Positions 49,001 to 58,698 of a stretch of 64,000 nt of DNA are shown here, piece after piece (positions within the stretch are counted from its first letter, which is position 1; each line of letters begins with the position of its first letter). The stretch comes from an uncultured Spirochaetota bacterium. GTDB taxonomy: Bacteria > Spirochaetota > Brevinematia > Brevinematales > JAOACQ01. The notes below the pieces were generated by a model. That model ran no database searches. It had not been told where the DNA came from and saw only the letters and a program-made list of their open reading frames with translations. The position numbers and the translations under genes were made by a program. The stretch spans positions 1,376,001 to 1,440,000 of the forward strand of contig CAWIGG010000002.1 in the NCBI GenBank assembly GCA_963835575.1, given 5' to 3'.

Positions 49001-49342
49001 TCCTTTAAAGAGCGGAAAGGTTTCGCAGGGATGCGGATCATCGCGATCAACGTCAGGCCTTTTTTTGAATCGCTGAGAAAGCCTGATGAAATATTTTTTG
49101 AACCTTACGGCCTGACAAAGAGGGAAAAGCAAAGCATCGAACTGGTCATATCCGGGCTTTCCAACCGCGATATCGAGGAAAAACTCTGCATATCGAAAGA
49201 CTCCCTCAGGGTTTACCTGAAAAACGCCTATGATAAGATGGGAATATCCGGTGAAGGGCGCGGCGGGCTCGAAAAGCTTTTACGGGAACATAACCGGAAA
49301 AGGTACGGTTTCGGCGATTTTCTGGAAGAATTTATAAACTGA
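46082..49342 (+). CDS. Hybrid sensor: sugar-binding-like domain + 7TM + histidine kinase + receiver + PAS + LuxR HTH
   Basis: IDLTGSWK; ISHEFRTPL, NLISNSFKF, DTGIGI, GAGIGL; LADVMMP; ITFINRAG; GLTKRE..GLSNRDI..L.IS; start uncertain. Confidence 0.88.
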   Translation: MHVKIEYFYIFMIFPKFTGFVSRNIITFIVCLIPIFVTAIITFSYHFPEKYRKHTIDLTGSWKIHEGTNDAWTGPDVRDAGWKDFNFPGSYYDQGFRDIHATIRKSFTLNENLKDKDLFFTIGITSGLMGAIAMNGHMIGETGYIVNNKKTHENNGFYGFFINREFLFQDKTNVLALQLENETPGYDDLVDPRTLLGNAEYLKPYYENCRFVYSFFQYGISLAGLVILIILMLLTITEWTSPDRYKYLSAMVLVFSAFLFNLVFSTSFLRYFADFRLLSRLLLSSISFIAVASLYFLQWYFLKKTNLITKISHVICISVIISYFLIGDFEVINDIYKYFIGYFFLLIIYMCAISVRGTVLSKSRREGIIITACFIIASLSGISDFLTDLHLIDMPYIFNVNISIVILIASTVIIAQFANISLTNRTLAAELQKLNYSLENKVAQRTAELSEAYEKLKSLDHAKNEFFSNISHEFRTPLTLLLGPVDSILAGEYGQALRRDHEIFSVMRTNIIRLLKLINNLLDFSRIDAGKMQPRKVGTDVSSLLEFFASSVESSAKSRGISFVYDDRTEGINAVLDPDLFEKAVFNLISNSFKFTPPGGTVILQLDARIPEDGKEGTFSVSVKDTGIGIPEDKLDYIFERFAQVDSSVSRKFEGAGIGLALAKEIAEMHKGRISVKSAEGKGACFIMTFPYKDSIETKDNEPEDFAVREWNLADIAMMSDAPPLPAADLNPGSPPDSKPEILVVEDNSGMRQFLSGILSPDYGVHTAENGKLGLELALRVKPDLVLADVMMPVMDGYEMTARIKSEPSLKGIPVILLTAKADEKMKLEGFEKGADDYVIKPFSSPELHARIRACLEMKRLRDEAFQRQAMLEKTLKDRDAAQKRFQETAELLPGAIIETDTGGRITFINRAGREMLGYSGAGDLPYAAFPDFISVIDRERWKTETAGKDTDLKPYRLRRKDSSETVVLLKFCSFKERKGFAGMRIIAINVRPFFESLRKPDEIFFEPYGLTKREKQSIELVISGLSNRDIEEKLCISKDSLRVYLKNAYDKMGISGEGRGGLEKLLREHNRKRYGFGDFLEEFIN

Positions 49343-49398
49343 CTGATTATAACACTTCATTTCAAGACTCATCTTTAACCTTATTTCCATATCAACCG

Positions 49399-49439
49399 TT
49401 TCACCCCTCAGGGGTGAAAAAAAACACCGCCAAGGGGTA
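49399..49439. promoter_or_regulatory. Palindromic operator, candidate LuxR/NarL-type site
   Basis: TTTCACCCC-TCA-GGGGTGAAA plus a degenerate second copy CACCGCCAAGGGGTA. Confidence 0.55.
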
Positions 49440-49689
49440 ATGACAAACCGCATACGGCAACTTTATAATCATTCATCCTTAACCGGATAGGGATATGCCT
49501 CCGGGAGAGACGGCGGCGCGGGCCTTTTCGTCCCGGCGACTGTCCCTTTGCATTTTCCATTAAACGGAATGAAGAGGGTTTATGTTCCGTCTTTTCTGAC
49601 TTTCTTGCCCGGACGGATGGCTTCGGACGGCACTATTTCATTAAGGAAAATGAATGCTACTTTTTTTGTACGAATGAGGAGAGGGATAT

Positions 49690-50140
49690 ATGAATAAAAT
49701 CTTTATCGGGCTTCTGACGATTGTTTATATATGCATAATGACTGGATGTTCCCAGGCGCCGGGGAATTCCAATGGAAATTCATCCGGTAATATTTCCACC
49801 AGTTGCAATGTCAGTTCAGGTTCTTCGTCAAGTTCTTCAGTTAATTTTAATTGTAACTTTATAAAGGTTGCCGGAGGATGGGTGCATAGCCTGGCATTGA
49901 AGAATAACGGTACGTTATAGGCGACAGGATATAACGGATGTGGTGAACTGGGCACAGGGAATACTAATAATACCAATAACTGGGTACAGGTTTTAACCGG
50001 CGTCAGTTCCATTGCTGCAGGTATGGGGCATAGTTTGGCGCTGAAGAGCGACGGCTCATTATGGGTACAGGATATAACCTTTATGAGCAGCTCGGTACGG
50101 GGAATAATAACAGCACCAACTTCTGGATAAAACCATAATT
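49690..50140 (+). pseudogene. RCC1-repeat lipoprotein, degraded
   Basis: Lipobox MTGC; VAGGWVHSLALKNNGTL then TAG where Trp is expected; continues ATGYNGCGELGTG..IAAGMGHSLALKSDGSLW, then frameshifts. Confidence 0.85.
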
Positions 50141-50246
50141 TATCCCCTCCTGAAGTTTTAGTGATCAATTACGGAGGATACGGCTGAAACGTAAAATCAA
50201 TAATTTTAACACCTTGAAGATAGATGTTATACCACCTGCCGGGATT

Positions 50247-50318
50247 GCCGGCCGGAAATATTTTAGTCCGGGCGGGTAGCGCCGGACGACAAATAAAATA
50301 TTTATGTTAAAATAATCG
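50247..50318 (+). repeat. Conserved upstream leader, copy 1
   Basis: GCCGGCCGGAAATATTTTAGTCCGGGCGGGTAGCGCCGGACGACA..TTAAAATAATCG, near-identical to 51794-51866. Confidence 0.8.
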
Positions 50319-50349
50319 CGGAAAGTCACTAAATTTATGGAGGTGTAAA

Positions 50350-51555
50350 ATGATTGAAAATATGAAAGGTCTATTTTTCAGATTTATAGTTTTTGTCGTT
50401 TTATTTTATGTTTCATCCTGTTCGACTAGTCTTGGTTCGTCTAGTTCCCCAACAAATAGCTATAATACCTACACTGTAACATATTATGCTAATGGATCCA
50501 CAGGTGGAAGTGTCCCGACTGACAGCAACAAATACAACAAGGGAGCGACAGTCACAGTCTGCAGCAATATCTGCAACATGGTAATTTCAGGTTATGCCTT
50601 TGCCGGATGGACCACCAGCACCAACGGTCCAGGGTCAAGCTATGCCGCCGGAGCGACTTTTTTGATGCCTTCATCGAATATTTCTCTCTTTGCTGTCTGG
50701 ATTACCAATAGCCTTACATTTATCAGTTCCGGAACGAGCATCACAATAACCGGTACTAACTCATCTCAGAGTGGATCGCTGATTATACCGTGCGGTGTCA
50801 CAAGCATAGGCGCATTTGCATTTTATGATTGTTCCGGACTTAGCGGCGATCTTACTCTACCACCCAGTATTACAAGCATAGGTGATGGGGCATTTTATTA
50901 TTGCAACGGCTTTACAGGAACTCTTGTTATTCCGCAAAGCGTCATCAGCATCGGTCAGGTTTCATTTTTTTGTTGCAGCTTTACCGGTATGCTAAACATT
51001 CCCGCCAGTATCACAAACCTTGGCTCAGGGGTGTTTGAGTATTGCCTTTTTACTAACTATACGGTTGATCCAGGCAATTCTTTCTATTCATCTTCTGGAG
51101 GAGTATTGTTCAATTATGATGAAACCGAGTTGATCCTCTATCCCGCTGGACAGACAAGCGTTGGCAATTATACAATACCGGGAAGTGTCACCAGCATTGG
51201 GGACAGTGCATTTTGGGGTTGTACTTCCCTGACCAACATAAACCTGTCCTCTAATCTCGCGAGCATTGGATGGGCTGCATTTCGATTCGTACCATTTTCC
51301 AGCATAACCATCCCCGGCAGTGTCACAAGCATAAATGAATCTTTTGGGGACTGTACCAAACTTTCTAATGTTTATCTTCTTTCATCTACAACAAACCTTG
51401 TATTAAGCTCTGGTATGTTTGGATCCAGCCCCGTTACGTTAACAATCCATGTTCCCTCTGGCAGTGTATCATCATACATAACTTGGGCATCGAATAATTT
51501 GGCAGCATGGCCTACAGGGTGGATCCCTTCAGCTTCAACAATAGTTACGCCATAA
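50350..51555 (+). CDS. Lipoprotein with InlB B-type repeat and BspA-like LRR_5 repeats
   Basis: Lipobox VSSC; YTVTYYANG..G.VP..GYAFAGW; IPxSVTSIGxxAFxxC repeats. Confidence 0.87.
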   Translation: MIENMKGLFFRFIVFVVLFYVSSCSTSLGSSSSPTNSYNTYTVTYYANGSTGGSVPTDSNKYNKGATVTVCSNICNMVISGYAFAGWTTSTNGPGSSYAAGATFLMPSSNISLFAVWITNSLTFISSGTSITITGTNSSQSGSLIIPCGVTSIGAFAFYDCSGLSGDLTLPPSITSIGDGAFYYCNGFTGTLVIPQSVISIGQVSFFCCSFTGMLNIPASITNLGSGVFEYCLFTNYTVDPGNSFYSSSGGVLFNYDETELILYPAGQTSVGNYTIPGSVTSIGDSAFWGCTSLTNINLSSNLASIGWAAFRFVPFSSITIPGSVTSINESFGDCTKLSNVYLLSSTTNLVLSSGMFGSSPVTLTIHVPSGSVSSYITWASNNLAAWPTGWIPSASTIVTP

Positions 51556-51793
51556 ACTTATAAACCTTGGGTTGATTATGTGCTTATCCCGGACTCTATT
51601 TTGTGTATAACGGCACGGTCTATACCGCTGGTAACGATGACAGCGGGATAGCCTGCTACTGGACGGGAACAAACGAGACCATTTTAACGGCGAGCGGGAT
51701 ATGCAAACTCAATCTTTGTATTGACTTATAGAAAGACGCTTAGCCGCCCCTACTTCCTGGGGCGGCTTACCGGCCGCCGGGTCTGAACATCAG

Positions 51794-51866
51794 GCCGGCC
51801 GGAAATATTTTAGTCCGTGCGGGTAGCGCCGGACGACAGCTTAAATTTATTATATTAAAATAATCG
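51794..51866 (+). repeat. Conserved upstream leader, copy 2
   Basis: One mismatch to copy 1 across the core. Confidence 0.8.
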
Positions 51867-51891
51867 TAGAGATTATTATTGGAGGTATAAT

Positions 51892-54117
51892 ATGAAGAAA
51901 ATTTTAATGGGGCTTTTAACGATTACTTTTTTATGCGTCCTGACAGGATGTTCCCAGACGCCGGATGGAGGTTCCAGCGGCGGAAATAGTTCATCCTCGA
52001 CCCCGACCCCGACTCCGCCGGACACAACCCCGCCGGTATTGACGGTCGGTTCGCTGACGAACGGCCAGGGTGTCGGCGGGACCTATACTTTATCCGGCAC
52101 GGTTTCAGATTCCGGAAGCGGGGTATCGAATGTTTATGTTTCCCTGGACGGCGGTTTATTCGGAACGGTTTCCATTTCATCAGGTACCTGGACTACAAAC
52201 TTGACAGTGTCAGCCTACGGGAAACATACAAATTATATTTACGCGATAGACAATGCAGCTAATGTTTCCTTGACCAATTTTGTCTGGGTCGAAAGGACTT
52301 CCGTTCCATCGATTATCGTAAACGGTTTGATCGATTATTTCCAGACCAATGTGACATCGCTTAATTTTTCCGGAACTGCGTCAATTGATCCGCCTTATAA
52401 TATTACCGGAGTGGAGATTTCGGTAAACGGCGGCGCTTATTCGGGCATATCGGGCACAACATCATGGTCGGCAAGTTCCATCAGTTTGAATCCCGACGCG
52501 ACAAACACAGTGCGCTTCCGTGTTACAGGGAATAATCTTAATACGGCGGAAAGCCCGATTTACCATATTGTTGTGAATATTCCCGCGCCGTCGGTTTCAA
52601 TTACCAGCCCTTCTTCAGATAATTTCCTGACTAACCAGACAACTATCAATCTGAGCGGGACAGCTTTTATTGCATCGCCTTATTCTATTACAAAAGTTGA
52701 GCTGTCCATTAACGGCGGCGCTTACGCGGATGTGGGAAATACCGCATGGAATAAAACAGGCGCCGGCCTTACCGCTAACATGACCAATAATCTGAAAGTC
52801 CGTGCCACGGCTAATAGCGGTAAATCCATAGAATCCGCGATCCGTACGGTAATTGTGGATACTATAGCTCCGGCTTTCACTTTTCCGCCGGCTTTATCCG
52901 AAGGATCCAACCTGGATTATCTGCAGGATGCAGCAATGCCTCCAGACGGATCTTTAAGCGACAATCTCAGCGGCTGTAAGTTTGTTTATTACTCGATTAA
53001 CGGTCATTCTTATAATATTTTCACAAACTCAATCACTTGGAACGCCTGGGATCCTGCGATGTGGTTTAATTCCAGCAATACTTATGTGACAAACGGCACA
53101 AACTCAATTACAGCGTATTGTATAGATTACGCCGGCAACGCCTGTTCGTCCCAGACCAGTCATTTCTTTTTCAAATCGCTGAGTTTTCTGGCGGATTTGA
53201 GTTCGCTATATGCCGCCATGGGATTGGCTGTGGATTCCGCAGGAAATAGCTACATACCAGAGAGTGAAACCAGTAACAAAGTTTATAAAATCTCTTCAAG
53301 TGGTACTATGACTGAATTCGCTAATTTATACGAATATCCCGAGGGTATCGCTATCGACGCCAGCGGCAACCTGTTTGTCGCTGAAGATTGCTTGATTGAA
53401 AAAGTAACACCGGCCGGGGTTGTCAGTACTTTTGCCGGCAGCATACAGGGAACAAATGACGGGACAGGTACCGGCGCTCGATTCGATGAGATTGCAGGCA
53501 TTACTGTTGATAGTTCCGGCAATGTATATGTAATGGATGATTGGATTGTGTACACCAACCGCTGCGTAATCCGGAAAATCAGTTCGTCGGGCGTCGTAAC
53601 GACCATCGCAGGCGGAGCCACCGGATACGCGGATGGAAACGGCATGGCCGCCAGTTTCAATATTCCCTACTCTTCTATTATAGAGCTTGGAGTTGATAAC
53701 TCGGGTTATATCTATGTTCCGGATAGCGGCAATAACCGCATCCGAAAAGTTTCAACAACTTCCCCATATACTGTCACAACATTGGCCGGTTCCGGTTCAG
53801 CCGGTTCTGCCGACGGAAACGGCACTTCCGCGTCTTTTAAAGCTCCGGAAGCCATTACAGTTGACAGCCAGGGCAACCTTTATGTCGCAGACCTTGGAAA
53901 CAATGAAATACGAAAAATTACATCCGGCGGTATGGTATCAACTTTTGCGAACCAGAATGGGTGCGGTTATATCTCTTCTACGGGTTATTATGGTAATGTT
54001 AATTATTACACTTCTTTAATGTGTCCACGCTATCTAGGACTGGATAATTCCGGTAATCTTTTCTACTTAGGAAGTGATTCGGGTTATTCATATTTAATGA
54101 AACTTACGACCCGGTAG
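51892..54117 (+). CDS. Lipoprotein with Ig-like domains and NHL repeats
   Basis: Lipobox LTGC; DTTPP, SGTVSDSGSGV; PEGIAIDASGNLFVA, DSGNNRIRK, VTTLAGSG. Confidence 0.88.
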   Translation: MKKILMGLLTITFLCVLTGCSQTPDGGSSGGNSSSSTPTPTPPDTTPPVLTVGSLTNGQGVGGTYTLSGTVSDSGSGVSNVYVSLDGGLFGTVSISSGTWTTNLTVSAYGKHTNYIYAIDNAANVSLTNFVWVERTSVPSIIVNGLIDYFQTNVTSLNFSGTASIDPPYNITGVEISVNGGAYSGISGTTSWSASSISLNPDATNTVRFRVTGNNLNTAESPIYHIVVNIPAPSVSITSPSSDNFLTNQTTINLSGTAFIASPYSITKVELSINGGAYADVGNTAWNKTGAGLTANMTNNLKVRATANSGKSIESAIRTVIVDTIAPAFTFPPALSEGSNLDYLQDAAMPPDGSLSDNLSGCKFVYYSINGHSYNIFTNSITWNAWDPAMWFNSSNTYVTNGTNSITAYCIDYAGNACSSQTSHFFFKSLSFLADLSSLYAAMGLAVDSAGNSYIPESETSNKVYKISSSGTMTEFANLYEYPEGIAIDASGNLFVAEDCLIEKVTPAGVVSTFAGSIQGTNDGTGTGARFDEIAGITVDSSGNVYVMDDWIVYTNRCVIRKISSSGVVTTIAGGATGYADGNGMAASFNIPYSSIIELGVDNSGYIYVPDSGNNRIRKVSTTSPYTVTTLAGSGSAGSADGNGTSASFKAPEAITVDSQGNLYVADLGNNEIRKITSGGMVSTFANQNGCGYISSTGYYGNVNYYTSLMCPRYLGLDNSGNLFYLGSDSGYSYLMKLTTR

Positions 54118-54394
54118 GTCAAAAAGCAAAGGATTTTGAATAAAATATTTTTGCAGTGCATAATTAATTGTGTCCGAAATGACACCAGCGGATATTAACA
54201 ATAAGAGGATATTTTAAATGCAAAACCCAAAGGTTTTTATGCTATAGCAGGGAGTAAACAAACGGCGCTGGTTTAATATAATAAAGCCGGCGCCGTTGTA
54301 TTCTGTTACTGGAAGAACGGGGTTTTGAACCTGCTGTAATGAACTGTTGAACGAAAAACATTATAAAAAACGAAAATGACTATAAGGAGGATAT

Positions 54395-55471
54395 ATGAAA
54401 AATAATCTTATCGGGCTTCTGACGATTGTTACTTTATGCATCCTGACAGCATGTTCACAGACGCCGGGGGATTCGGGGGGAGGTTCAGGTGGAGGTAACA
54501 CATCAAGTTCACCGAGCACGGCTAGTTCCAGTTTAAGTTCGACTTCTTTATCCAGTTCTATCATCAGTTCATCCAGCAGTTCAAGCAGTAGTCTGGCAAC
54601 TGTATACGCCGGCGGGGATTATTACACGGGCAGCATCTATCTCGCATGTTACTGGAAGAACGGGGGTTTGACCACTCTCACAAATGTGACTTCATATGTC
54701 TATTCCCTTGCGGTAAACGGAACGGACGTATACGCCGGCGGGGAATATAACATCAGCGGCACCGATTATGCCTGTTATTGGAAGAACGGGGGTTTGACCA
54801 CTCTCTTAAGTGTAGAATCCTTTATTAAATCCATCACAGTGAGCGGGACGGATGTATATGTCGGCGGGTGCTACGGCAGCAGCCTTGTTGCCTGTTACTG
54901 GAAGAACGGGAGTTTGACCCCTCTCACCAATATAAGTTCCATCGTTTATTCTCTCGCGGTAAACGGAACGGACGTATACGCCGGCGGTAATTATAGTGTT
55001 AACGGCGGCTATAACGCCTGTTACTGGAAGAACGGGAGTATAACCATTCTTACCAATATTAATTCCTCAGTCTATACCCTCGCGGTAAACGGGACAGACG
55101 TATATAACGGCGGGTGTTATTACAACGGCGGAACACCTGTAGCCTGTTACTGGAAGAACACAGTTTTAACCACTCTCACCAATGTGTATTCCTATATCTA
55201 TTCCCTCGCGGTGAGCGGGACAGACATATATGCAGGCGGTTATTATTACAACGGCAGCGCCTATGTCGCCTGTTACTGGAAGAACGGGGTTTTGACCACT
55301 CTCACCAATGTGGGTTCTGAAGTTGATTCCCTGGCGGTGAGCGGAACAGACTTATATGCAGGCGGGGATTATTACACGGGCAGCATCTATCTCGCATGTT
55401 ACTGGAAAAACGGGGTTTTGACCACTCTCACCAATGTAAGTTCCCGAGTCCATTCTATTACGGTGCAGTAA
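54395..55471 (+). CDS. Lipoprotein with seven ~43 aa ACYWKNG repeats
   Basis: Lipobox LTAC; Ser-rich linker; repeat SLAVxGTDVYAGG..ACYWKNG.LT.LT. Confidence 0.85.
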   Translation: MKNNLIGLLTIVTLCILTACSQTPGDSGGGSGGGNTSSSPSTASSSLSSTSLSSSIISSSSSSSSSLATVYAGGDYYTGSIYLACYWKNGGLTTLTNVTSYVYSLAVNGTDVYAGGEYNISGTDYACYWKNGGLTTLLSVESFIKSITVSGTDVYVGGCYGSSLVACYWKNGSLTPLTNISSIVYSLAVNGTDVYAGGNYSVNGGYNACYWKNGSITILTNINSSVYTLAVNGTDVYNGGCYYNGGTPVACYWKNTVLTTLTNVYSYIYSLAVSGTDIYAGGYYYNGSAYVACYWKNGVLTTLTNVGSEVDSLAVSGTDLYAGGDYYTGSIYLACYWKNGVLTTLTNVSSRVHSITVQ

Positions 55472-55549
55472 ACGCCGATTAAGATGGAAAATGCGGTATT
55501 TGTCTTGAAAGGAACAGCCGCATCCGGAAAATAAAACTATAGATATCAT

Positions 55550-55581
55550 AAGTGACCGCCCTGCGGGGTGGTCACTTTTTT
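55550..55581 (+). terminator. Intrinsic terminator
   Basis: AAGTGACCGCCC-TGC-GGGGTGGTCACTTTTTT. Confidence 0.75.
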
Positions 55582-55644
55582 ATAATTTTCAGCAATAACA
55601 TCAGATACAATTCTATAATTTGGATGGCGGTGCCTGTTAAAAGT

Positions 55645-56505
55645 TCAACAATACAACATCTCAAAAATTTCCCCGGCAAGATAGGAGCTCCGGACAAAAG
55701 GGGCCGATGCGACTGATTTGAATCCCAGCCCGAGACCGTTATTTTTATATTTTTCAAACTGGTCCGGATGAACATACTCGAAAACCGGGCGATGGTTTTT
55801 TGAAGGGGCAAGATACTGCCCGACCGTCAGCATTTCGCAGCCCGCCTGCCGCAGGTCCTTCATGACCTGAACGACCTCATCTTCCGTTTCTCCAAGCCCG
55901 GCCATGATGCCGGATTTTGTATGAATATTGCCGTACAGACTTTTGACATTTTTCAGGAGCTCCAGCGATCTTTGATAGTCCGCGGCGGGCCTCACCTCCG
56001 GGTAAAGCCTGGGTACAGTTTCCACATTATGGTTGATGATTTGAGGAAGAGCATCGGCGATAATCCTTAATGAATCCAGGCTTCCCATAAAATCGGGTAT
56101 GAGGACCTCAATGACAACCTTCTTATGCAGATCTTTTATTATTCTGATAACACGGGCAAAATGATGTGCCCCGCCGTCGGGCAGGTTGTCCCGAGTGACG
56201 GAAGTGATGACTACATGATGCAGACCGAGCTCATTGACCGCGGCGGCTATATTTTCCGGTTCCTTATCATCAACGCCGGAAGGCCTGCCTTTTACAACAT
56301 TGCAGAATGTGCAGTTCCTCGTGCAGACATTGCCGAGGACCATAAAAGTCGCCGTTCTTCTATTGAAACATTCCATCCGGTTGGGACAGAGCGCTTCTTC
56401 GCAGACGGTGTGCAGAGAGAAACGCTTCAGTATTTCCTCAACATCTCTTTTGTCTTTCGAATTGATCACTTTTATTTTCAGCCAGTCCGGTTTAGGCATA
56501 TTCAC
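55645..56505 (-). CDS. lipA: Lipoyl synthase
   Basis: [49 protein letters not shown]. Confidence 0.97.
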   Translation of the reverse strand: MNMPKPDWLKIKVINSKDKRDVEEILKRFSLHTVCEEALCPNRMECFNRRTATFMVLGNVCTRNCTFCNVVKGRPSGVDDKEPENIAAAVNELGLHHVVITSVTRDNLPDGGAHHFARVIRIIKDLHKKVVIEVLIPDFMGSLDSLRIIADALPQIINHNVETVPRLYPEVRPAADYQRSLELLKNVKSLYGNIHTKSGIMAGLGETEDEVVQVMKDLRQAGCEMLTVGQYLAPSKNHRPVFEYVHPDQFEKYKNNGLGLGFKSVASAPFVRSSYLAGEIFEMLYC

Positions 56506-57191
56506 CTCATTCCAATCGATTCTTCCAGGGCGGCACTGGAAATAAATTCCGGGTCCATATTAAAAATATCACAAAAGAGCTCAATCACCCTGTTGACGGC
56601 CTTATTGAAATCCTGCTTGTGGCCCGTTAATTTCTCAAGCGATGTAACACCCCTGTCGGTAATCCCGCAGGGATTGATCCAGCGGTAATGGTCCATGTTC
56701 GTGTTGATATTGAACGAAAAGCCATGCATCGTGACGGCGCGGCTGACAGCGATCCCTATGGCCGTGATCTTATCATTGCCGGCCCAGACGCCCGTATAAA
56801 CGCCGTCATCGCGGCGGCCTTCTATATTATAGGAATCATGGAGAAGCCGGATAAAAACCTCCTGTATCTTCCAGACAAAATCCCTGATGCCCAATCCGAG
56901 GTTTTTTAAATCGAAGATCAGATAACCGACAAGCTGTCCCGGCCCGTGGTAAGTCACGTCGCCGCCCCTTGCCGTTTCATAAACTTTGATGTTTTCCTTT
57001 TTGAGGATTTTATCCGGGACGATGATATTCGAAACTTTGCCGCGCTTCCCGAGTGTGATGACGGCCGGATGCTCCAGAAGCAGAAGCGTATCGCTGATTT
57101 TATTTTCCTGTCTTAGTTCCTTCAGCTTTTCCTGGAGCGAAAGGGCTTCCTGATAATCGATGCGCCCGAGCTGTGCTATTGTACATTTCAT
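56502..57191 (-). CDS. lipB: Octanoyltransferase
   Basis: [47 protein letters not shown]. Confidence 0.97.
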   Translation of the reverse strand: MKCTIAQLGRIDYQEALSLQEKLKELRQENKISDTLLLLEHPAVITLGKRGKVSNIIVPDKILKKENIKVYETARGGDVTYHGPGQLVGYLIFDLKNLGLGIRDFVWKIQEVFIRLLHDSYNIEGRRDDGVYTGVWAGNDKITAIGIAVSRAVTMHGFSFNINTNMDHYRWINPCGITDRGVTSLEKLTGHKQDFNKAVNRVIELFCDIFNMDPEFISSAALEESIGMR

Positions 57192-57524
57192 AATAAAATA
57201 TAATAAACCGCCTGCGGAAAAAGTACAAATTAGATATTATTAAAAATTATTGATGGAGACGGAGGCTGCCCGCTAATAACGCGAATGGACGCGAATAGGG
57301 ACGAATGATATTGGTGAGTATTCGTAGGAGAATCCCGCTAATGACGATAAAAAAAACGAATAAATCAATTTCGATTAGCGTGTATTCGCGTGATTCGCGG
57401 GAAAAACTTTTTTCCACATGATTCGCGGGTTGAAATCCCTCTTCCCGGCGGATTTCTTTCGTTTGACAAAAGATTTGATATAAATTAATCTATTAATGAA
57501 TAAAAATTAGATTGGGGGAGTTTT

Positions 57525-57746
57525 ATGCTGGTTTTACACGGAATATATAACAACGGAAAGATTGAATTGCTGGATAAAAACCTTCCTCATATAAAAGCAA
57601 AAGCCGAGATTAAAATTACTGATAATTCGAATCAGACAGGAATAAAGAAAAAGGATGTCTGGAAAGGTTTGTCCGCATTGATTAAAGAAAAATCAGTAAG
57701 AATTGGAAAAATCAAATGGACCAGAGAATCCCTTTATGAAAGGTAA
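57525..57746 (+). CDS. Putative antitoxin (AF2212/DUF104-like)
   Basis: HGIYNNGKIEL N-terminus and KWTRESLYER C-terminus, typical of PIN-associated antitoxins. Confidence 0.6.
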   Translation: MLVLHGIYNNGKIELLDKNLPHIKAKAEIKITDNSNQTGIKKKDVWKGLSALIKEKSVRIGKIKWTRESLYER

Positions 57747-57786
57747 GGTATTTCTTATTACAAATCTCACAATCCACAGGGAAAAG
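57736..57786 (+). pseudogene. PIN/VapC toxin 5' remnant
   Basis: ATG overlaps the antitoxin end; MKGKVFLITNL resembles the PIN start xxKVFLDTNI; runs into a repeat. Confidence 0.45.
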
Positions 57787-57871
57787 CCCGCTAATGACGC
57801 GATAGACGCGAATAAACACAAAAGCGGCAGTCACGTGATTATTGAGGAAAAATATACCTGTCGGAGTAACA

Positions 57872-58271
57872 ATGACTTACAAGGACATTATTAAGGGCAG
57901 TTCCAAAAACTCAAAATCAATCAGATATTTCCAACATAGGTTTTGGAACTGCCCCGGTTATAGAATCTCTTGTAAATTTAATTGGCGCTACCGTATAGAG
58001 TTCGCTGGTTGATGATCTTTTCAGACAGCGAACTCGGGCGGTAGCATGAACTCATATAATAGCGGCAGTTCTAAATATTTGAGTTTTTAGAACTGCCCTT
58101 AAGATTATTACGGATGACGGCTGGTACCTGGACAGACAGAAGGGAAGTCACCGGCAGTACAAACATCCTTCAAAAAAAGGACTGGTGACGATTTCGCATC
58201 ATGGTGTTGCAAAAACCGTTGCGCCGAAAATGCTTAAAAGTATATTAACACATGCGCAAATAGAGTTATAG
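57872..58271 (+). pseudogene. hicA: HicA toxin interrupted by a MITE
   Basis: Removing 57895-58098 and one TTAA gives MTYKDIIKIITDDGWYLDRQKGSHRQYKHPSKKGLVTISHHGVAKTVAPKMLKSILTHAQIEL*. Confidence 0.92.
57895..58098. mobile_element. MITE/REPIN-like element, copy 2, with TTAA target duplication
   Basis: TTAA-GGGCAGTTCCAAAAACTCA...TGAGTTTTTAGAACTGCCC-TTAA. Confidence 0.9.
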
Positions 58272-58281
58272 CGGGGTTTAT

Positions 58282-58497
58282 ATGCATAAATATACCATCA
58301 TTATCGAAAAGACGGCTGACGGTTACTGCGCTTCCGTCCCGGCTTTGCCCGGATGCACGGCAATGGCAGACACGAAAAAGGAAGTGGAACAAATGATTTA
58401 TGAAGCCATTATTTTTCATCTGGAAGGTATGGTAAAATCAGGCCTGGCGATACCGGAAGAATCGGATACGGAAGTGGAAACGATGGTTTTTTCTTAA
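58282..58497 (+). CDS. hicB: HicB-family antitoxin
   Basis: YTIIIEK..GY.A.VPALPGC.A..DT..E....EAI.FHLE.M...G..IPE. Confidence 0.9.
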   Translation: MHKYTIIIEKTADGYCASVPALPGCTAMADTKKEVEQMIYEAIIFHLEGMVKSGLAIPEESDTEVETMVFS

Positions 58498-58698
58498 AAA
58501 GCCCGCTAATGACGCAAAAAGATACGAATAAATATTGACGTTCATTCATGGGGAATAAAAGCCCGCTAATCACGCGAATTGACGCGAATGGGTACGGATG
58601 AAATTGATTCATTCGAGCGGGAAAAAAGTACCGGCAATGCTTGAGTCATTTAATAAACTACTTTAAAATAAACTGAAATGTGAAAAGAGGATAAGTTT

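Noticed and set aside
54290..55471. Diversity-generating retroelement TR/VR pair
   Set aside because: Differences between repeats are not adenine-specific, and the only RT in the window is a deleted intron ORF
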